Assembly (NCBI GenBank): GCA_028023455.1
Contig: JAQFVV010000009.1
Location: 4,588,001 to 4,652,000 of the forward strand
Direction: 5' to 3'
Source: Epiperipatus broadwayi
Taxonomy: Eukaryota; Animalia; Onychophora
Length of the DNA stretch: 64,000 bases
Shown here: piece by piece, positions 54,220 through 64,000 of the stretch
Position numbering within the stretch: position 1 is the first letter of the stretch
How the letters are laid out: each line of letters begins with the position of its first letter
Position numbers and translations under genes: made by a program
Notes under the pieces: model-generated
Databases searched by the model: none
Told to the model about the DNA's origin: nothing
What the model saw: only the letters and a program-made list of their open reading frames with translations

Positions 54220-55593
54220 AGCCTTGAATAGGAGAGCACTGCACCTAGATCTTAGGATCTAATGCAAACCTTCAGCAGCTATCTTTATCTCTATTTAACT
54301 ACAAAACTATGAGTTAAATTGAAACAAATGATATTTTCAATCCAAGCTCATTAGCTTATGTAGTCATATATGTTTGAACTCAATTCAGTACCTATACATT
54401 TTGGTGACTTTGGTTCTTTAATAACCATAGCCAGTAGGCAGGATTGGTTTTAACCCAATAAACATCACATGATCACTATTCTTATACTTGCTTATAGCTG
54501 TCATTAAAACAGGTAAAACTCTCCATACACTATTGCAAAATGTATAGATACTGAACTGAGTTCAGACTTATATGACTATATAAGCTAATGAGCTTGGATT
54601 GCAAATATTGTGTTTTCAATTTAAGACTCATAGTTTTGTAGTTAAGTAGAGATAAAAGATGGATGCTGGACGGTTGCATTAGATCCTAAGATCTAGGTGC
54701 ACTGCTCTCAGATCCAAGACTCCTTGCCACAAGCCAGAAACTAGTCTGGGGATATTAGATTGAGTAGGCACTAGATGGGGATTTTATGCACAAGCCTTTT
54801 GGCATCCCTTGATTACTCTGGCTTGCACTGAGTGGCAATACTGTGTGGAAAGTTTTGCCTATTTTAATAACAGTTATAGGCAAGCATAAGAAATGGTGTG
54901 ATGTTTATTGGCTTAAAATCAATCCTGCCTACGGATAGTGGTGGCTATGGTTATTAAAGAACCAAAGACCCCAAAATGTATAGCTACTGAACTGAGTTCA
55001 GACCTATTGACTATATAAGCTAATTAGCTTGGATTGAGACATATTGTGTTTTTAATTTAAGACTCATAGTTTTGTAGGTAAGTAGAGGTAAAAGGTGGCT
55101 GCTGGAAGCTTGCTTTAGATCCTAAGATCTAAGTGCAGTGCCCTCAGATCCAAGGCTGCTCAACACAAGCCAGAAACTAGTCAGGGGATATTGGGATGAG
55201 TAGGCACTAGATGTGGATTTTATGCACAAGCCTTCTGGCATCCCTTGATTACTCTAGCTTGCACTGAATGGCAATACTGTGTGGAAAGTTTTGCCTATTT
55301 TAATAACTGTTATAGGCAAGCATAAAAAATGGTGTGATGTTTATTGGCTTAAAACCAATCCTGCCTAATAGGATAGTGGAGGCTATGTTTATTAAAGAAC
55401 CAAAGACACCAAAATGTATAGGTACTGAACTGAGTTCAGACCTATTGACTATATAAGCTAATTAGCTTGGATTGAACATATTGTGTTTTTAATTTAAGAC
55501 TAATAGTTTTGTAGGTAAGTAGAGATAAAATGTGGCTGCTAGAGGGTTGCATTAGATCTAAGATCTAGGTGCAGTGCCCTCTGATCAAAGGCT

Positions 55594-55633
55594 CCTCACT
55601 GATGAAGGCCACAAGCCAGAAACTAGTCTGGGG
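55594..55633 (+). ncRNA. Type I hammerhead ribozyme (canonical core)
   Basis: CCTCA-CTGATGA-A-GGC cacaa GCC-A-GAA-ACTAGT-C-TGGGG. Confidence 0.85.
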
Positions 55634-58024
55634 ATATTGGATGAGACTATTAGAACAAACACCTGTCAAAAGTAAGAGACCATATATATACAATAAACTT
55701 ATTCAATTGGTAAGACAATTTTGGCAGAAAGTAAAAAAAAATGAAAAGAAAATTGTTTCTTACATGACAATAGCAAATGGCACCAGAAATCAATCTAATG
55801 TGATAATTTAATAATGTTTGGAAACCACTAATTCAGCTTGTTCTTAAACAGAAAAATAGAGAAATCAGAATAATCTTCAAAAACCAAGTATATAATAATT
55901 AATTTTTGTGTATGACAATATAGTTTATTTAGTTAGAAGATTAGCTAAAATTCAATATTTACAAATCTAAAAATTACTAGCTCAATTCCCATGCTATTTC
56001 CCAATGACCAGTTCATTAGTATTGAAGGAAAGAGAATAATACTATTCAAAATATTGTGTTTCTTACTAACCTGTCTAGTAATTGTTGAATGTTTTTAAAG
56101 TATAAATAAAATTTGAATTTTTCTAAACACATTTAAAAATTTCAATTAGATGCTGGCACTATTCCAACATATAACTACATGTGTATACAATATGCTTTGT
56201 TGTCATAGGCAAATTTCAATTTTTGCGGCAATTAAATGTGGATGCAAAGAAATTAATGCATATGCTTTAGTGGTTATAAAGCCTTCGATTATGTTGACCA
56301 AAAATTAATGTGTCAAAAATATTTTACCACTTTTATAAATAGTCAGCATATAAACAAGCAATTACAATTTAAAAAGGCTGCATAGAAAAAGGTATCAGTA
56401 AATTAGATATGCTGATAATACTACTATAATTATAGATTAAATGAGAAAATATTATAAGCTTCTTATTAGAGATAACAGTGAAAGTATGGATTGCAGATAA
56501 ATATAGATATATAAAGATTTTGATGAAAGAGTCATCACATGATTTCAAAATATAATGGAGGCATATAGGTTATCTGTCTTGGATTTTTAGATCATTCATT
56601 GACAATCAAGGATCATAAAACCATGAGATTGTCTATTGTTTGACAATGGAAAAAGTGAATTGTGATGTTGGCAAAATCTTTTGAATCTGTCATAGATAGC
56701 AAAAAAATAAATAATACTTAATGACAATAGAAAATTTTTATTTTTTTATATCACTTTTACAATGCTATATTTTATTTTTTACTTGATTAATATTACAGTT
56801 TTGATTGACCAGAAGTCTTCAAAATCAGAATGTGTAAGTATATATAAATATATAAACATAGATTATCTAAATACTATAAACATTATAATAAATTATACAT
56901 TAAATCCTTATTATATACCTATTATATTTATATTAAATACATATTTTCAAATATCTATTGCATGTAATATCACAAATATGTTACATGGAATAAGTCTTTA
57001 TCAACTGATATAATTTTTTTTTTTTACATACTATTTAATATTATTACAACAACAATAATATATATAACTTTATAAACTTATTATTTTTTATTAAATTATT
57101 AACATTTTGTTATTATTTATTTTATTTTTACTTATTAAATTTTTATTAAATTTATGTATTAATGGATAAAATTTTATTTTTAAATACTTTATTGATTTTG
57201 GAAAATAGGTTTGTTTGTTAAATTTTGATTTTTTTCTAGTTAGAACGAAATTTTAAAATCAATGTTTAATATCTTTAAATTTTAATACATTTGCTTAAAA
57301 ATTGATATATAACTAAGTTATAAGAACTTAACCCATTTGAAACATGTAACTTTTCAGTATGTCAACTAGTTTGATAGATATGGAACAGTGGGTGGGAAAA
57401 TATAAAAAATATTCAATATCTTCATGTATTGCAGTTAATAATTCTTGTTAGAATTTTCATTTGTTTTAAATAATAATTACAAGAGGGTAATTTTTTTTCT
57501 TTCAATTTAATAATTTTTCTAAAAACCTCTCATTATTAGCGATAAGTTAAAAAAGATATGGATAATTTTTTTAAAACAATGCAATTTTTTTTAGCATTTT
57601 TTTAAAACAACTGTTTTAAAATAGCCATAAAACAATTTTAAATAGAAAAGCTAGTTACTGATTTATTATACATATATAATTATGTACACATACAAATATA
57701 ATATATACATTTAGAGTACATCTATTGGCTTACATATGATATGCGTGTGATAATGATTTAAAGTAAAATTATATGGATTAAGTGAAGTTCATTTACATAT
57801 ATTCACATATATTATTATGTACACATACTAAATATGATGTATACATAAGAGACATACATTTTAACTTATAGCAGAAATATTTAGTTGTAACTCATAGCAG
57901 AAATACTTAAAATATATATAGGTGTGCCAACTGTAAATATCCAGTCAATTTAAAATACAATATAGTTTTACATTTTCATTTACTGTGCCAATACTAAAAA
58001 ATTTAAAATAATAAAGATAATTGT

Positions 58025-58270
58025 TTTATATTAAATGCTTTTTTTGGACTGTACACTAAAAAAATAAAATAATTATTTCAACTACAATTGAAGTTTTTTG
58101 ATTTAACTTGAAATAAAAGCATGTGAGGTCCAGAAATTAATTAAATCAATGCCTATTTTTATAACATGGGATTGACTTAATTAATTTCTGAATCTAAAAA
58201 CTCCAATTGTGGTTAAAGAAACTTTTATTTTATTTTAGTGCACAATCAATAAAAGCATTTAATAATAAAA
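58025..58270. mobile_element. Foldback MITE-like element
   Basis: Long imperfect palindrome: aaatgcttttt..gtacactaaaaaaataaaat vs attttattttagtgcacaatcaataaaagcattt, with inner aattaattaaatcaat / attgacttaattaatt. Confidence 0.6.
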
Positions 58271-60001
58271 ATTTTTTTATCTATATTATTTAATCTTTAA
58301 ATTTATCTACCAGTTTTAAACTCTATATTTTTTGAATTTTCATTTAACTTATTTATCTTCCTTTATGTGTCTACTTTAGCAATAAATTGCTTTTAAATTT
58401 TTAGTTTCTTTTATATTATGTAATAGAATCCTTTTATGTTTTCTATCACTTATTTTTCCTTTCTTGTAAATTTATTATTTATATTAGCAGTTTTAAACCT
58501 AAATCCTTATTTTGTCTAATATTATTTATAAAGATAGCTTCTTCAATTGTTCCTTTTTATTTTTGGTATATTGGATCATGTTAATATTATTTTTTTCAAA
58601 TACATATCCTGTTTGTATTAGATGATGGAAATAGTCCAATATAAAAATACAACTAGAACACCATGATCACAAATCTTCAGGAAAACACTAATCATGTGTC
58701 ATGTCTATTAATTGTATTATTGATGATAAAATATGATTCTTTTATCTTACTTTTGCAGTCATTAGTTTCAATGCACACAATTTTGGAGTTGGAGGTATTA
58801 TAGTATATTATTATTATTAAATTTAACATAGGAAATTTTTACAGCCAATATAATTTACTTATTTTGTTGTTAGTCATTGGGGTATCATTAATATTTTAAG
58901 GGAGTAGAATTGCATGATATTCTTATGTCATTGCGGTATGCTTTTGGTATATGGTCACCGTTAAAAAGGAATGTCTCATGATTATTGTTAAACAATTTAT
59001 TTAATATTGGTGTAAAAATATATTAGACATTAAATTATTCATTATGGTATTATTAGAATTCTTATATTAAAAAAGAAATCCAACAAGACTGAGCTATAAT
59101 TTTTTTTTGTTTATATCTACTATTAATAAGCAGTTGGTTGTCCAGTTAAGTCACAATATATATCATTAAAATTCAGTCAATACTTAGACAATCTCAATAT
59201 CAACCAACAATTTCAAACTGTTGTCAAGGCAACCTCCTTTTAACAATAAGTGAAGTTTTCTTCTTGTTATGCTTAAATATTTATTTCATTGATGCATTTC
59301 AAGTGAACTACAATGTTCCTGTTCTGATAATCTGTTAAATTTTTTTTTGCAACTTAGAACAAATGTACAATTATTAAATGATATTATTTCAAGTATAATT
59401 TATATGCAGCAGTAAATAAACGTTTTCTAAAATATGAAGTAAAAGACAAATGGAAAAGATAAGATAAATCGAGTTATTATCAGTATTACTAAACTGCACC
59501 TAATAAATTCAGTTTTGTTTAATGAACAACTTATCATAAACACCTCTGAAAAATGTAATTCGGTCTCCACGATGCGTTTTGACTAATATCAAGATAGGTA
59601 TACTGAAGTATTAAAAACAATAAATAAAAAACGATTTTAATGAAATAAATAAATATTTCACTGGGTATATTCTTAGACATAAATTTAAAGAAAATGTGAA
59701 AAAAAGAAGAAATAAACAAATAATTAAAAAAAATATATATAAAATGAGCATTTAAAAAAGTGAGCTATGAGTAGAAGGAGTGATGTATATGACTGGCCTT
59801 GTGCACAGGTAACTAATGATAGTAAAATTATAAATACCTCTTTTTGTCATTTTTAAAATGGAAGTTGATCATAAATATGGAAGTTGATCATAAATATTTT
59901 GAGTTAAGAATTAATTTAACTAAAACTAAATGAAATAGCAACAATGTAGAAAACAAGAATTTAACAAATTAAATTGTAGAATTAAATTAACTAAAAAAAC
60001 G

Positions 60002-61043
<1,042 letters not shown>

Positions 61044-61045
61044 GA

Positions 61046-61279
<234 letters not shown>

Positions 61280-61574
61280 CAATTCAATTTATTTATTTAC
61301 AGTACAAAACTACAGCATAAAACCAATTACAGAATTGCACCATAACAAATATAGATATACATAAATGAGTTTAAATGACAAATTATTAATATAATTATAT
61401 GCCATATTTTTATAAAAGATAAGTAACACATTTAAAAATCTAAACTAAAATTAAACACCAGCATATAACCAATTATCATTAACACATTAATAATAACAAA
61501 TAAATAAAAGGGATAAATATAATGCACATAACAAAATAATAAAATAAAATAAAAAACCCAATTTAACAAATACA

Positions 61575-63159
61575 TATATATAAAATACATATTTTGCGGG
61601 TTCATCCGTGTTAAAAACTTTTAATATTAATATACTGATGTTTTGACTTGGTCACACAAGCCATCCACAGAGTTATAAAAGGTAGAAAGACGGTTGTAGA
61701 GGCGCTACAATCACTGATTAGAATAAAATGTTAAAATTCCACCACTATCTTCATTTTATTTCTGTTTTAAAAAGTTTAAAAATTAATGCTAATGACATTC
61801 TGGTCAGTTTTGATGTCGTGTCTTTGTTTACAAACATTCCAGTTGATGAAGCTTTAAATATAATCTCACAATGTTGCAATTTGCCAGACCATATTATTTC
61901 TTTAATTAAACATTGTCTCTTAAATACATATTTTGTATACAATGGACAGATTACAGACAAGTTTTTGGTACTCCTATGGGCTCACCTATCTCAAGAGTAA
62001 TAACTGATTTATTCATGGAATATATAGAAACTCGTGCTTTAGAATCATCATTTTTAAAACCTCTCTTTTGGCTCAAATACATAGATGACACTTTTGTCAT
62101 ATGGCAACATGGAAAAAATAAATTAGATGATTTTTTCTTACATTTAAATAATATGCATCCTCATATTAAATTTACAATGGAGACAGAATCTGATGGAAAA
62201 CTCCCTTTTCTTGATGTTCTAGTCACCAGAACACCAAATAGTTTATCTTTTTCTATTTACAGAAAGGATACACACACAGATAGATATTTGCATTTCCATT
62301 CTCATCATCACCCAACTCAGATAGTTTCTGTAGCCAAAACTCTTTTAAATAGAGCAATTAACCTTTCAGATGAGACACATCTGAAAGAAGAAATAAATCA
62401 TATTAATAGTGTTTTATTAGCAAATAGTTATAATTACAAATTTATAAAAAAATCCTTAATTCAAGCCCAAAATAGGAAACAAAAAGATGATAAATCAGCT
62501 ATTAGGATTTGTGTTCCATATGTAAAAGGAACTACAGACAGTATCGGATGTATATTAAAACGCTATAATATAGATACAGCATTTTCTGCTCATCAAAAGA
62601 TCAGCAATATAATAACCAAGCCTAAGGATTCAATCCCTCTTGAATCTCATGGTGTCTATCAAATCTCATGTAAAAATTGTAAAGCTTCTTACATAGGTAT
62701 GAGTAATCGTTGCATCAGTGTTAGGAGAGATGAGCATGCTAATGCAGTTAAACAACACTCATCATCATCAGCACTCTCACTCCATACTATAGATTCAGGT
62801 CATAAAATTGATTTTTCTAGTACCAGGATCATATCCAGATGTGATAATCTCTACCAATGCAAAATTAGAGAAGCCATTGAGATACTTAAAAGGCCAGATT
62901 GTATCAATAAGCGAGATGATACATGTAAACTTCCTCCTATTTGGAAAGATTTTTTTAAAAAACATTCCTAAATTTAACATTTTTTGCTATTGGTGGAATT
63001 TTAACATTTTATTCAAATCAGTGATTGTAGCGCCTCTACAACCGTCTTTCTACCTTTTATAACTCTGTGGATGGCTTGTGTGACCAAGTCGAAATGTCAG
63101 TATATTAATATTAAAAGTTTTTAACATGGATGAACCCGCAAAATATGTATTTTATATAT
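61575..63159 (+). mobile_element. 5'-truncated Penelope/Poseidon-type PLE with an inverted pseudo-LTR
   Basis: VSFDVVSLFTNIP, FGTPMGSPIS, KYIDDTF, GVYQISCKNCKASYIGMS GIY-YIG; inverted repeats 61575-61744 and 62991-63159; frameshift near 61960. Confidence 0.93.
63059..63104 (+). ncRNA. Minimal hammerhead in the PLE pLTR (core CTGTGGA, A6 to U; CpG-decayed stem III)
   Basis: ACT-CTGTGGA-T-GGCTTG/CAAGTC-GAA-ATGT-C-AGT; the inverted copy near 61633-61676 reads AAA-ACAT-C, so the consensus is GAA-ACGT-C. Confidence 0.6.
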
Positions 63160-63169
63160 TTAACTCATA

Positions 63170-64000
63170 CAAATCTTCGTTTTAACATATATATATACAT
63201 AAACAAAATCAAATTAAACCAATCAAATCTGGCATTTAAATTTAATAACATTACAAAATTGATTATAATGTAAATTGAAGTAATTAATATTATTACAAAT
63301 CTGATGATATAAAGATGGTAGCCTAAATAAAGGAGAAAATTTAAGAACATTGGAATGACAAGTTTTAATGTAACAAACAGAAGCAGACTGAATATCATGC
63401 ACATGAGTTCTAATTATAATAGTAGAAATTGTGTCAGATAAAAGAACTATTTTATTAACAAGTTTATAAAGATATTTAAGATCTCTATATTGTCTTCTAG
63501 AAGAAAGATGAACAACAATTTTATTTCCCAGAGAAACATATTTAGAAAACTTATTAGACACTGATTGTAATAAATTACATCCCTGTTTAGAGCTAGGATT
63601 CCAAATAACTGAACAATATTCAATGATGGGTAGAACCAATGATAAAAATAATTTAAATTTTGTAACACCACTGAAATTATAACCAAATCTTAGAATGGTA
63701 CCTATAATTTTTAAAGCCTTATCAGTAATCATTTCCAAATGAGGGAGAAAGGATCCATTGCTAGAAAATATAACTCCCAAATCTTTTTGAGATTCAACAG
63801 AAGTAATTTTGTGAGATTTAATAAAATAAGAAAAATGTAAAACTTCAGATTTTTTAGAGTACGAGTCTAAGGAACATTTACTGAAATTAACAGTCATATT
63901 ATTTCGATCACACTAAGCACTAAAATTATCTATGTCTTTTTGAAGAAGAGTGCAATCAAACACATCTGATTATTCTAAAGATTTTACAGTTATCTGCATA
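63170..64000 (-). mobile_element. CR1/jockey-like LINE RT 3' part; continues beyond the window
   Basis: KDLGVIFSSNGSFLPHL..KALKIIG..LVLPIIEYCSVIWNP..LQSVSNKF. Confidence 0.85.

Larger units (their letters stand above)
51897..55645. repeat. Array of a ~440-bp hammerhead-containing unit: minus-strand copies (51897-52092, 53853-54536) joined head-to-head to plus-strand tandem copies (54537-55645)
   Basis: gaaactagtc recurs at 54737, 55173 and 55619 (spacing 436 and 446 bp) and in reverse near 52010 and 54187; no long ORF within the unit. Confidence 0.9.

Noticed and set aside
58745-58820. Possible CFAP300 last exon (HNFGVG after ttttgcag)
   Set aside because: Only a 4-6 residue resemblance, and no intermediate exons were found; likely chance.

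Overview
AT-rich, repeat-dense eukaryotic genomic DNA, animal-like with large introns; the taxon cannot be fixed from sequence alone. It holds two head-to-head genes. The first five coding exons of INTS4 lie on the minus strand (ATG at 34541), and the gene runs off the left edge. A probable first coding exon of CFAP300/C11orf70 lies on the plus strand (41232-41332). The introns are filled with transposon relics: Penelope-like elements (PLEs), RTE, L1/Tx1 and CR1/jockey LINEs, a Buster-type hAT, a pogo/Tigger-like MITE and a deleted Gypsy. The most notable signal is the density of self-cleaving-ribozyme motifs. (1) A non-canonical hammerhead (core AUGA[A/G]UA, i.e. an A3-U8 pair in place of C3-G8, plus an extra U before stem II) occurs four times with covarying stems, three times at the 3' ends of one divergent PLE lineage, and a near-intact element starts at the predicted cleavage site. 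(2) An ORF-less ~440-bp hammerhead repeat forms a tandem plus inverted, retrozyme-like array that was later hit by an L1/Tx1 element. (3) Further hammerhead-bearing inverted units and a decayed HDV-like motif at an RTE 5' end are also present. All structures were read by eye; none was folded or searched computationally.
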